From assembly GCA_011109175.1 (NCBI GenBank), contig RDEW01000024.1, positions 112,738-176,737 on the forward strand: a stretch of 64,000 nt of DNA, written 5' to 3'. This DNA comes from Dicyema japonicum (taxonomy: Eukaryota > Animalia > Dicyemida). Positions 40,051 through 51,329 of this stretch are shown here, one piece after another. The notes beneath the pieces are model-generated. The model did no database searches. It was given only the letters and a program-made list of their open reading frames with translations, and had not been told where the DNA came from. Every line of letters begins with the position of its first letter. Positions within the stretch are counted from its first letter, which is position 1. Made by a program: the position numbers and the translations under genes.

Positions 40051-41340
40051 TCTAAACAATAACTTTCCAGAAAAAATAGCTACCCTTTGGTTCTTGGNNN
40101 NNNNNNNNNNNNNNNNNNNNNNNNNNNNNNNNNNNNNNNNNNNNNNNNNNNNNNNNNNNNNNNNNNNNNNNNNNNNNNNNNNNNNNNNNNNNNNNNNNNN
40201 NNNNNNNNNNNNNNNNNNNNNNNNNNNNNNNNNNNNNNNNNNNNNNNNNNNNNNNNNNNNNNNNNNNNNNNNNNNNNNNNNNNNNNNNNNNNNNNNNNNN
40301 NNNNNNNNNNNNNNNNNNNNNNNNNNNNNNNNNNNNNNNNNNNNNNNNNNNNNNNNNNNNNNNNNNNNNNNNNNNNNNNNNNNNNNNNNNNNNNNNNNNN
40401 NNNNNNNNNNNNNNNNNNNNNNNNNNNNNNNNNNNNNNNNNNNNNNNNNNNNNNNNNNNNNNNNNNNNNNNNNNNNNNNNNNNNNNNNNNNNNNNNNNNN
40501 NNNNNNNNNNNNNNNNNNNNNNNNNNNNNNNNNNNNNNNNNNNNNNNNNNNNNNNNNNNNNNNNNNNNNNNNNNNNNNNNNNNNNNNNNNNNNNNNNNNN
40601 NNNNNNNNNNNNNNNNNNNNNNNNNNNNNNNNNNNNNNNNNNNNNNNNNNNNNNNNNNNNNNNNNNNNNNNNNNNNNNNNNNNNNNNNNNNNNNNNNNNN
40701 NNNNNNNNTTGGCAAGACCCATCCTTTACGACAAACACCACGTCCCCCATGTATTAGACTAATTCCTTTTTCAACTTCTCCTCATTCACGTCAAATCCCA
40801 AATTTCTGCAATAATAACATCACAGATCTCAGAAACACAGTCCATTCTTCATCCATGTCCGACTTGCTCACCTTATGGACTGATTCGTCCACAGAACAGA
40901 CATAATTCTCGTCGGACAGCGAATTATTAGTGTTCATGTATTTATCTTGAAGCACTGAATAATCAACAGCCACAACTCTCCCAGGAAACAGTCACGTTAA
41001 CAAGTACCCATTATTTTTCGACCATTTAGTCTTTCAATGACCAGTTCAGCCTCATTGGGGTCCGTGAGCTGCACAAAATTAAACCCAGCAGATGTGGTCC
41101 CTTAAAGTAAGAACTCCATGATACCATTCCGCGTAATTACAATCTTCACAATTTCCCCACACGTGCTAAACACTTTGAGAAGNNNNNNNNNNNNNNNNNN
41201 NNNNAATTGGCCTAATAAAATTAAAAAAGAGGTCAAGTACTGTAACATTTATTTTAGTATAACTGTTATGGCATGCGAAACCGTAATGGCATGTGACATT
41301 AAATCACAAATTCTAAGTTTTCAATATAATTCTGGATTCT
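40050..41340 (-). pseudogene. RBM28: RBM28/Nop4 multi-RRM nucleolar protein, decayed copy spanning gaps 40098-40708 and 41183-41204
   Basis: SRIILK(N)LEF, VFSTCGEIVKIVI, GFNFVQL, NGRKIM(GR)VVAVDYSVLQDKY, acidic linker, TVFLR/NLGFDVNEE, PRTKG/YC. Lesions: -1 frameshift (~41315), AT instead of GT donor (~40827), TG instead of AG acceptor (~40982), in-frame TAA (~40754). Confidence 0.8.
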
Positions 41341-41739
41341 GTAGTGGATTACGTTGAATGTCAATACTATGAACTGGAAAATATCGCTCAAGTTTAGAAT
41401 AACTATATTGACTACCAATATACAACGAGGAATACTCCTTGAAGATAATCGTTTGTATTTGTCTGAATCTATAAATAGTTTTTTTTCCGTGAAATAGTAA
41501 ATTATTTATAATCAACAAATTCCCTACTATTCCTACGTTTTTTTACTTATTGACAACTTGAAACTGCTGCAATGACGTGTTAACACTTGGAAGTATGATA
41601 GAAGATGCGACTTCATTAAGCCTTACGATGGATAGAACTTTAAGAAATCAGCAACAAATAGTTATTGCTTAGGAATAATGCCAAACTGTCTCATAGCTAC
41701 AGATTGTTATTAGCACTATCTCAGGAATTATTATGGCTT

Positions 41740-41910
41740 AAAGAGTGACCGTCATCAGTGAACATTTCACTGCCGAAAGACTCATATTAACAAAAAGAAA
41801 AAATAAGTTAGAGCATTCCTTGGTTCTCCTTCTACGATAATGATAACTGTCCTTTACTTTAATAAAGTGTGTGCCCTATCTGGGTGAAGCCATGGTATTA
41901 TGGTTATACT
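41740..41910 (+). mobile_element. SINE, diverged 3' half
   Basis: GAGTGACCGTCATCAGTGAA..CATTCCTTGGTTCT..TACTTTAATAAAGTGTGTG. Confidence 0.7.
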
Positions 41911-42664
41911 CAAAGTGCAGTATTATTATCACAGGAACAGACAAATGTCAAATATACTAATTAAGAGACTATGATCCGACTGCCAATAGTGGTAAGATTC
42001 TGATGGTAAGAAAAAGATTGGGTAATCATTATGTAGCTCATCTAGTCCACACTTGACTTTCGTCTCATTAAAGCATCATATAGTAGTAATTTAAATATCA
42101 GGTCCTGGCATAGGAATATTCGTTTGGAAATATCGTTCAAGTTTTTGACGATAAATTATTGAACAATAAAATTCTCTGATATCCTCATATGTGATTGAGA
42201 CAACGAGGTATTAAATGGCGTCACAAACTCAACAAAGTGAGCGGAAATAAATAACGACTAAGGATATGTTATTATATTAGTGTAAAGTTCAGCAAAACTA
42301 AAATAAGTCAATTTGCTTACTGAAATTAATAAACATCCTTTAGAACTGTACAACTAACACCGGGATACTTAATTCAGAACATTCTGGGTTAAAGGAATAA
42401 GCGAATTGGTCAGAAAATTATGATTGACATAAAATTCATATGAAATCAGATTTCAAGGAGAGACTATATCTATCAAAAAATAAAATCGGAAAAAACCTTT
42501 TCTTAGTCACCTTTAACGATGGAAAATGTGATTTTATTATAGAACAGCGTTTTTCAAAAAGTCCCCACAAAAATCCATGGGGTCGCGTTTATTTTAAATT
42601 TAAAATAAAATGAAATTATATTTTAAAAATTTGATTATTATTTTTTCATAATAAATTTATTGTG

Positions 42665-43266
42665 TGCACCAAATCGAAGTGCAAATGTGGCTGTCTATCG
42701 GACGAACTGGGTCTCCACCTCCTCTCATGCCGGAGCGGAATTGGCAGATTTTCTCGACATTCGGCAATGAACGGCATCATTAAGAGGGCATTAGAATCGG
42801 CTGGATTCCGTTGCCAGATCGAACCGACTGGTCTATTTGACAACGGAAGACGCCCTGACGGCATGACCTCCTTATTTTTTGAGCGAGGGCGAAACCTTGT
42901 ATGGGATGTGACCTGTGTCTGCTCTTTCGCCCCAAGCAAAAAAAATTATTCACAGGGCAGACCTTCTTCTCAAGCAGAAAAAGTAAAAAATGCTAAATAC
43001 TCGGATATCAGCGACAGGTACATTTTCGCACCTGTCGCGATTGAAACTTCGGGGAACTTTGGCCCTAAAACGCTGAAGTTCCTGAACCATTTGGGAAAAC
43101 TACTAACTGACAAAACTGGTGATCTTCGTGAGACGAGATGGCTCAAGGAGAGGCTCTCGTTGGCTGTTGTCCGTGGGAATAGCTTGTGCATCTCCCAACA
43201 GCTGAATTAAAATTAACTATTCTTTTTCCTTTTTCCTTATAAAGTATTTTTTAATAAAAAAAAAAA
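42665..43266 (+). mobile_element. CRE-clade non-LTR retrotransposon, 5'-truncated, poly(A) tail, 12-bp TSD
   Basis: Open 182-aa frame HLLSC..GRFSRH..EP..RPDG..WDVT..K..KY..FAPVAIETSG..TGDLRE..RLSLAVVRGN (zinc knuckle plus PD-(D/E)xK nuclease); TSD AAATTTATTGTG at 42653-42664 and 43267-43278. Confidence 0.88.
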
Positions 43267-43620
43267 AAATTTATTGTGCGTGTTTTTTGTGGGATTCTAA
43301 TGAACGTTTTTGGTCTGATTCCCATGTCAAATTTAGATTTACCAGACATCTACGATAATAATGATTACAAAAAAGCTCAGTATATTGAGAAATAACTCCA
43401 TCAAACTTTCCAAATCAAAGAGAAACAAAAATCTGTATTTCTGAATGTAAATCTCACACGTGAGCAGTTTTCTTCGAAACACAAAATCACGTCGCTTCTC
43501 CAAAAATTCTTCATTTTAAAGTAAGCAGTAGACATTCATATTATTCAAAAACAAACCATTTATTTACATCCTCAACGCTTGATGTCATGTGGTGCTGGTG
43601 CTATTGAGTGCCTAATGAGA

Positions 43621-43928
43621 GTATAGGGCTGGCACGAAAAAGAATCATTTTATCTCACTTTACTGGTGGGGTTTCTAAAACTGCAAATAATTGACGTCTT
43701 TAACCATTTATGCTGATTCTGGACGGACCCTGTTTCTTCTAAGTGGAAACTGAACACACTTAATTAATTGTATGATAGTATAAGGCTGGCACGAAAAAGA
43801 ATCATTTTATCTCACTTTACTGGTGGGGTTTCTAAAACTGCAAATAATTGACGTCTTTAACCATTTATGCTGATTCCGGACGGACCCTGTTTCTTCTAAG
43901 TGGAAACTGAACACACTTAATTAATTGT
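43621..43928. repeat. Tandem duplication, period 157 bp, 2 mismatches noted
   Basis: GTATA(G/A)GGCTGGCACGAAAAAG...CACTTAATTAATTG twice. Confidence 0.9.
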
Positions 43929-44109
43929 TTACTTTAGCTTCTTTCAATAAATTTAAAAATCTATTTTAACAGATTTTATTAAATCAAATTAAAAAAATGA
44001 CCCGCAAGTAGCACTCATCGTCCTCTAATGGATTTCTTTGTGGTCAAATAGTGAGGATGATCTATTCATTTATTTCATTTGCACTTACATTTTCATAAAG
44101 GACGCTGTT

Positions 44110-44822
44110 ACTTCCTCCTATACACGAGTCGAACGAGCAGTATCAAGGAACGATGAGTGCTGGAGACATACCAAAAAACTCGGCTCACTGCTAGGTGATG
44201 CTGAGGATATTTGTCAAAGGAAAATGCTGGTTACCATATACTTCAAAAAAATATACCACATTTGGATAAGGAAAAAACATGTATCACTGAAACTTCGTGT
44301 CAGACTATACGACACGTTTGTTAAACCAATTTTGCTTTACAATTCCGGAACATGGGCATGTTCTAAAATTGATTTAGAGAAGCTAGATACTTTTCAACGA
44401 ACGAACTCCGCATGTTGATTGGAATTTTTTGGCCGAGAAAAAATTCAAATGAAAATCTACATTCACGATGTAAATCCAGACCACTAAGCACCGATGTTAT
44501 TTTATCGAGATGGCGACTATTTGGACATATCCTCAGACTGGACCCGACTACGCCATGTAACAGAATAATGGAAGAATATTTCTACTACGCCGGAAGTCAC
44601 GGATTTCGAGGCAGACCAAGAAACACACTTCCAACCTGCTTAAAAGATAACTACGAACAAAATAGTCGTAAATTGGTGACAGCGGACGATCTGGATGATG
44701 TTCGAATGAGGGCCAGGAACAAGATGGCGTGGGCGAGGATGGCGAGGAGGATGGCTGCAAAACATGGCTCAAGCGAACCCCTTTTAGGGCCACGCGAAAG
44801 AGCTTTTAACTAACTAACTAAC
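44110..44822 (+). mobile_element. RTE-like LINE, 5'-truncated, (TAAC)n tail
   Basis: WRHTKKLGSLLG, LYDTFVKPILLYNSGTW, RWRLFGHILR, GFRGRPRNTL; tail TTTTAACTAACTAACTA. Confidence 0.88.
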
Positions 44823-44829
44823 TATACAG

Positions 44830-47222
44830 AAAACGAATAACCAACAAATTGGAGAATATTAACACGAACCAATCATGTTTAAACGTATGGAAAAACGTAT
44901 CAATGGCGATGCATAAAACATATGATGAAATGTATATGGAGATTCCAAGCTGGATAAATATGAATAGTGCAAGTCAAGATATCTCTAATCTAATCAAACT
45001 GCAGAGGCAAATTCGACTGCAAATACAGGGAAAGAAAACTATGAATAAATTTACAATAGATGAACTCAGGAAAGAAAAAGCAAGAATACATAAGTCAATA
45101 AAGAAAGCTGTGAGGACTGCTACTAGATGTGATGCCTTAAACAAATTAGAGCACCTGGAAGGGCTAAAGGGTAACAGGTGATACTACGAAGCCATCAGGC
45201 TACTTAAATGTCACAATAAAAAGAGTACCCCTATATTATACGACCAAAATGAACGATGAATAATGAACCCATCTGAAATTGCCGAGTTGGTTATTGATCA
45301 CTTCAGGTCGGGGCTAAATACGACTCAGAATGTGATTTCGGCATTCATTTGTGGATCCGGTGAACTGAGAATGAGGATTGCACCTTATGAGGTGAAATTA
45401 GCATGTGAGAGGCTGAAACCTGATAAAAGTGCGGGCCCATATGGACTACGTCCTGAACTATTCAAACACGGCGGTGATTACCTCTACGAAATCATTGCGT
45501 TGATCATGAACAAAATGTTTGAAGAACGTGTGTTGTTAACCATTGGAGAGGGTTATTTGATTCCGGTTCCAAAACCAAATAAGCAGAAAGGAAAAGTAAC
45601 AAACTTGAGACTATTCAAACACGGCGGTGATTACCTCTACGAAATCATTGCGTTGATCATGAACAAAATGTTTGAAGAACGTGTGTTGTTACCCATTGGA
45701 GAGGGTTATTTGATTCCGGTTCCAAAACCAAATAAGCAGAAAGGAAAAGTAACAAACTTGAGACTGATCATTTTAATGAATGTTATCAGGAAGATCCTGG
45801 CTATTATCACTCTCGAACGTGTAAGAAAGAATTTGGAAGCATATCTTTTTACCATACCTTAGTCGAGGGGAGATCAACGGCAGACGTCTTATGGAGCCTA
45901 AAATGGAGATGTTCAACCATTCGAAGATTTAGAACATCTTTTGGGATCCTTGGGATTGACATATCGAAAGCGTTTGATTCAGTTAACTGTTGTAAACTAT
46001 TGGAATTTATCACGGGTCTATTCGACGCCTCGTAGGTTTCGATGATTAGGGCACTACTGGCTGAAACACAACTAACTGTTAAAATTGGAAATACTCAAGC
46101 CATGCCATTTTCGACAAATACTGGGACTCCACAAGGAGGTCTATTGTCTCCTCTCCTCTTTGTTGCATATCTTGAGTCTGCGCTACGGGATCTCAAGCCT
46201 TTTATTGTGGAGAAAACTAGCATCCTAGCTTATACAGATGATGTGGACTTCGTCTCGCAAAATGGGGAGGCCCTATTGGGATTACTCGAGACGGCACCAA
46301 GAGTATTCGAAAAATGGTCACTAAATATCAACAAAGACAAGACAGAGCTGACAACTTTGATGAGGAAGGAATCTATTCTGGAAGAGCATTGGCGAAAGGT
46401 TAAAAAGCTGGGATCCCTGCTTGGAGATAAAGAAGACATCATTGCACGGAAGATTAAAGCAAATACGGCCTTATACAACTTGAGAAGAAATTGGTTTCTA
46501 AGAAAGAAGGGCTTGAATCGAGAGACCAGAACTCGACTATACAATTCGTTAGTCAAACCAATACTCCTATATAATGCAAGTTCTTAATCATTAACCCTAA
46601 ATGACATTGAAAAACTAAACTCCTTCCATCGGGAACAACTACGGAAGATTCATTCGTGCTGGGACCGAATGAGAACAAGNCCTGGAACGCTGTTAGGAAA
46701 CTTCTGTCGGTCAAACGATTTGTTCTTATGTAATACAGCATTCGCTCACGCTGCAAGACATATGACGACTTGGTGTGGGACAACCAAGAAAAATAACGGA
46801 GAAATTCCTTCCATCGTGGACAACTATGGAAGATTCATTCGTGTTGGGACCGTATGAGAACAAGAAGTCGAGAACTATACTCTATTACGTCTTCTAAACC
46901 GATTTCACTAGACATCATGGAATTTCGTTGGAGCCTATTTGGACACATCCTACGGGGAAATATCGAAACTCCAGCTAATGTTGCCATGGAGGAATACTTT
47001 CAAACCGAGGAGGTGAAGTTCCGAGGACGTCCGAGAGCATCACTGGCCACGACACTGAATGAAGAGAATAGGATTATCTCTAACTACGGGAGATGTGGAT
47101 TACTTGAGGGATTTGGCTCAGGATCGTGGAAAGTGGAGAAAATTAACTAAAAAATTAATGTTTGGTACTGCACCGGTTTTGTCATTTTCAATGGCAAGAC
47201 GTTGTGCTTTATAATAATAATA
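44830..47222 (+). mobile_element. RTE-like LINE ORF2 (degenerate RT) with (TAA)n tail
   Basis: KSAGPYG, LGIDISKAFDSV, GTPQGGLLSPLLF, LAYTDDVDF, KKLGSLLG, RWSLFGHILR, FRGRPR; contig join at 46680. Confidence 0.9.
45458..45763 (+). repeat. In-frame 153-bp (51-codon) tandem duplication inside the RT
   Basis: LFKHGG...KVTNLR twice, one mismatch noted. Confidence 0.9.
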
Positions 47223-47229
47223 TATTTAA

Positions 47230-47457
47230 TATACAAAATTATTATCACGTTAGTGTGTTTAAAATTTGATTTTTTTGATTAACATTCCTAACTTTTTTTA
47301 TCTTTGAGACATGTCGTTATTGGACGTTTGCTTAGTTAAGTGTTATACAAAATTATTATCACGTTAGTGTGTTTAAAATTTGATTTTTTTGATTAACATT
47401 CCTAACTTTTTTTATCTTTGAGACATGTCGTTATTGGACGTTTGCTTAGTTAAGTGT
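47230..47457. repeat. Tandem duplication, period 114 bp
   Basis: TATACAAAATTATTATCACG...TTAGTTAAGTGT twice. Confidence 0.9.
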
Positions 47458-47889
47458 AGTCGCTTCATAAAAAATTTTCATTTTCTTGATTATCAATTCG
47501 ATTATTTTTTGCATTATGTCAAAAATATTTTCATTATTCTGGGTCAGTGATGTAATCAATCATATCCTTTCCGGACCAGGACCACCAATGACACTAAAGG
47601 ACCTGTGAGAGCGCCAAACACTTCGAGCTGGAGAATTGATGGCAGCCAGCCTCCTAATAGTTAGTAAGGCACGTGCTCCATTTCATGGATTTGATCTCGA
47701 AAATCTTATTTTTGACAAACTTAGTGACCTGCCCACGTGTTATCGCTATCGTCGATTTGATTACTGATATATGATTTTTCAACTTCTTTAACTAGGAGAT
47801 TTACCACGTGGGAGGTTCCCAACTTTCATCTGATATAAAGATCTCATATTACTTCATTTGGGCTTACTTATAGAGTTAATTAGGGTTTA

Positions 47890-48840
47890 CTAAATTCCCA
47901 AGGATGGAATAAGACCCGTCCTTCCCAAAAATCGCGTTCATTCATATCCGCCATTGTGGAAACCCTTCCTTTCAGAGTNAATTCCCAAGGATGGAATAAG
48001 ACCCGTCCTTCCCAAAAATCACGTTCATTCATATCCGCCATTGTGAAAACCCTTTCTTTAGAGTAGGGAAGAGAGAATCTTTTTTTTGCCGACCGAGCAA
48101 TAGGCGTCTCCTGAGACTGGTAACCAATGACGCCTAATAAGTTTGATGTGCTCTTTCCAGTTTAGTGTCAATGACTCTTNCTGGTAATCAATGACGCCTA
48201 ATAAGTTTGATGTGCTCATTCCAGTTTAGTGTCAATGACTCTTCGCCTTTTTTGACTCAATCTCATGAAATATCAAAAAATACTCTTTTCTTCTCCCATT
48301 CAGAATTTACTGTCCGTGAGGTTCTGATTGCTTCACGGAATTTATATTTATATTCAACGGGTTGCTTTCCAACGTCTTGTGAGGGCAGTAACCTGGATGT
48401 ATTGGTCTTAGTTGACATTGTAGTAATTCCCTAGCATTCAGAACATTTTTTGAACGAAACAAGATAAATGGGTGATAGGACAATGACATTGTCACGTNAG
48501 CACTAGGCGTCTCCTGAGACTGGTAACCAATGACGCCTAATAAGTTTGATGTGCTCTTTCCAGTTTAGTGTCAATGACTCTTCGCCTTTTTTGGCTCAAT
48601 CTCATGAAATATCAAAGAATACTCTTTTCTTCTCCCATTCAGAATTTACTGTCCGTGAGGTTTTGATTGCTTCACGGAATCTATATTTATATTCAACGGG
48701 TTGCTTTCCAACGTCTTCGTGGGGCAGTAACCTGGATGTATTGGTCTTAGCTGACATTGTAGTAATTCCCTAGCATTCAGAACATTTTTTGAACAAAACG
48801 AGAAAAATGGGTGATAGGACAATGACATTGTCACGTGGGA
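47890..48840. repeat. Near-identical overlapping copies separated by single n (47979, 48180, 48498): probably unmerged contig ends or alleles
   Basis: Each duplication is centred on an n. Confidence 0.8.
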
Positions 48841-49204
48841 GAGAATGGAATGGGAGTTTCCTCAAACATGATGCTTTCCTTTCGGTCCTACACAATTGAG
48901 ATTTGTTCAGATTTAGTAGAGAGTCTCGGGTTTCCACCTTCACGCCAACCATTTGGTTTGCTTTCATTATTGAACGACTTGTCTTTTGTGTCATTCTGAC
49001 TTTCAAGGGTAACTCTGGCTTTTTCAGAATATGGCTTTTCAATACTTTGTTTAATTTTGATAGCGACAACCCACAATTTGACGCTCATGAGCTATGCCAA
49101 ATCGAAAAATACCTGTGTTTCAGCCTTTCTCTCACCAAAACAGTCATAATGCAGACAATTTTTTAAATGATTAACACAAACACATATATTTGGAGTTATA
49201 TCGC

Positions 49205-49325
49205 AGGGTGACTGAGTTCAACGAGAGCCAGGCAAAAGGCCTGATGACTCCTAGTTCGAATCTCGCTACTATACATTTCAACTTAAGGTTCCATGCATCT
49301 ATGAGGCTTTCGCTTAACGAGGGAC
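49205..49325 (+). mobile_element. SINE head fragment
   Basis: AGTTCGAATCTCGCTACT..AAGGTTCCATGCATCTATGA. Confidence 0.55.
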
Positions 49326-49349
49326 AGCGTCGATATTCGATTTAATGAT

Positions 49350-49830
49350 TTTAAATATAACAATTCCACATTCAAATGGAAGTTATCGTCTAAATATCTT
49401 TGAAATGTCATCGTCATCAAGTTGTATTCAAAATTATGTATTTTTGAAAATAATTATGGAATCCTCAAGACCTTATAAATTCTTCGCATTGTGTCGTGAA
49501 TAGCTTTTAGTAATTCTGAAGATTCTCTGCAGAATATGTTTTATAAGCAACTCTACACGGGATAATACAACACCCTCGGCAATTGACTGAGGATTACTAT
49601 CCCTTTCTAGCAGTTTTTTTAAAAGATTTTAGAAAATTCGATTCTTATTATGGTGATTGAAGATGTTACATTTTACGTGTTCTAATAAACTAGATGGCTT
49701 TATCGCTTCGTTAGAAAGATCCATACCACATATCGAACACATGGGCTTAAGTGGATCCTTTGGAGTTTGAGTAAATTCAAGTGACAAATAGTTCTCTTTA
49801 AATTATTTTATTTTTTAACAAGTACCACCA
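49350..49830 (-). mobile_element. Second Buster-type hAT transposase fragment
   Basis: ENYLSLEF..KPMCSICGMDLSNEAIKPSSL, PQSIAEGVVL, IQLDD..DIS. Confidence 0.7.
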
Positions 49831-50147
49831 TAAAAAAGTTGCGCTCTAAATTAATTAAATTATTTAAAATAAATTTGATTTAATATTTGATTTAAAATTT
49901 CCAAATTTATTTAACCAACAATAAAAAGTTAATTTTTAATATCCTTCCTCGCCTGCCTGTTGGCCAGCCTCCTCAGGCAGGTTCGATTCTGGTTGCTGAA
50001 ACAACTCCGAGAGCGCCTTGTCCAATTGAACCCTCTGCCCATATGGCATCTCCGGGCTTTGCTTCCTATAATCCAGTGTCAGGCTTTCTATATTTAATAT
50101 TTGATTAATTTATTTAAAAAATATATCTTAATTAAGGCGATTTTTGT

Positions 50148-50292
50148 CAATAAAGTCAAAAATTGACATGTTCTTTAAATTGATGAAAAATTACAAAAAT
50201 GTAGTTTTTAGTCAAAAATATAATATTACTCAAAAGTTATAAAGTCAAAAAAAGTCAAAATTTAAATTTTAAGGTCAATAAAGTCAAAATTT
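50148..50292. repeat. Cluster of AAAGTCAAAA-like motifs, possibly transposon subterminal repeats
   Basis: About six copies of (A)AGTCAA(AA) within 145 bp. Confidence 0.55.
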
Positions 50293-51329
50293 TTTATTGT
50301 TAAATTTTTCTGATTTCACTGAGTGTTTTCATTCACTCTGTCATCCTCTACAAACCCTGACATCAGAAGACTCAGTTGACACATGTGAACCCTTCGACTT
50401 GATTCCCAGAAAAAATCTTATTTGGAATATATTTCAGACAGACATTCCTGGGAATTTTAACTATGTTTGGTTACTTTCTTATCGGTCGAAAGGTACAAAT
50501 CTGCCTCTCGACTATTTCCTAATGAGGTACTCCAAGGTTCATCACTATCGCCTCAACTTTTAAACTTATTCTTGGCTGGCATTCTGATAGAGGGAAAAAA
50601 ATAAAATCTATTACAATTGTTGCCCACTTGTGACCTCTCTGTGAGGTGGATAATAATTTGGAACATGTATCTAGTGGACTATACACTGTCGAGATGTTTT
50701 ACAGTCTTTAATGTATATATTACATTACCGGAATTGTCCAACCTCCTAAATACTATGAATTAAAAAAAAACTTGCTATTTGTGGCCATGTTAAGGGCAAA
50801 CATCCACAGTGGTTACAGGCGAGGAAAGTATAAATTGTTGATAATAGATCGTATAGTTATTCTCTATGTGTGCACGTGTTCTGCAAGTTAAGAACTATTC
50901 GATCCCGTACTGGCTTGGATTTATCACGAAACGAAAAATAAAACACTTTATTAAAGAAAATACTGGTAATAAGCCAACATTGCACACTTTCCATCCAATC
51001 ACAGAGGAATCGGCTTATGAGGATTTGTGCCTAGTAATTGTGGCGATTAATTGTGTATTGACTTCCACGCCGTTACCAATTTTTTTACAAGGTTCCTTTC
51101 TGTTTTTTCTATCTTTATTTGAAAAGGCGTGATCTATACACCTTACTTAAAAGAGAACCAATATCCAAAAATCCCATTCTTCCTTACACCAGCTGAGTGT
51201 TGCCACGTGAGATCATGATAAACCCTCTTTAAGACAAATTGGAATGGAATCCTTTAAAGTCGCAAACACTCAGCACCAGACGATGGTGCACTCAATAGTA
51301 TATGAGTGAAATCACAATAACACAACTAG

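Noticed and set aside
39928-40905. Long ORFs in the track full of X
   Set aside because: They are produced by the 611-N gap
48560-48800. Penelope GIY-YIG C-terminus (YRFREAI)
   Set aside because: No GIY/YIG motifs or RT found nearby
47890-48840. Duplicated 60-340 bp blocks with twin ORFs, as a tandem gene array
   Set aside because: Each is centred on a single n, typical of unmerged contig overlaps
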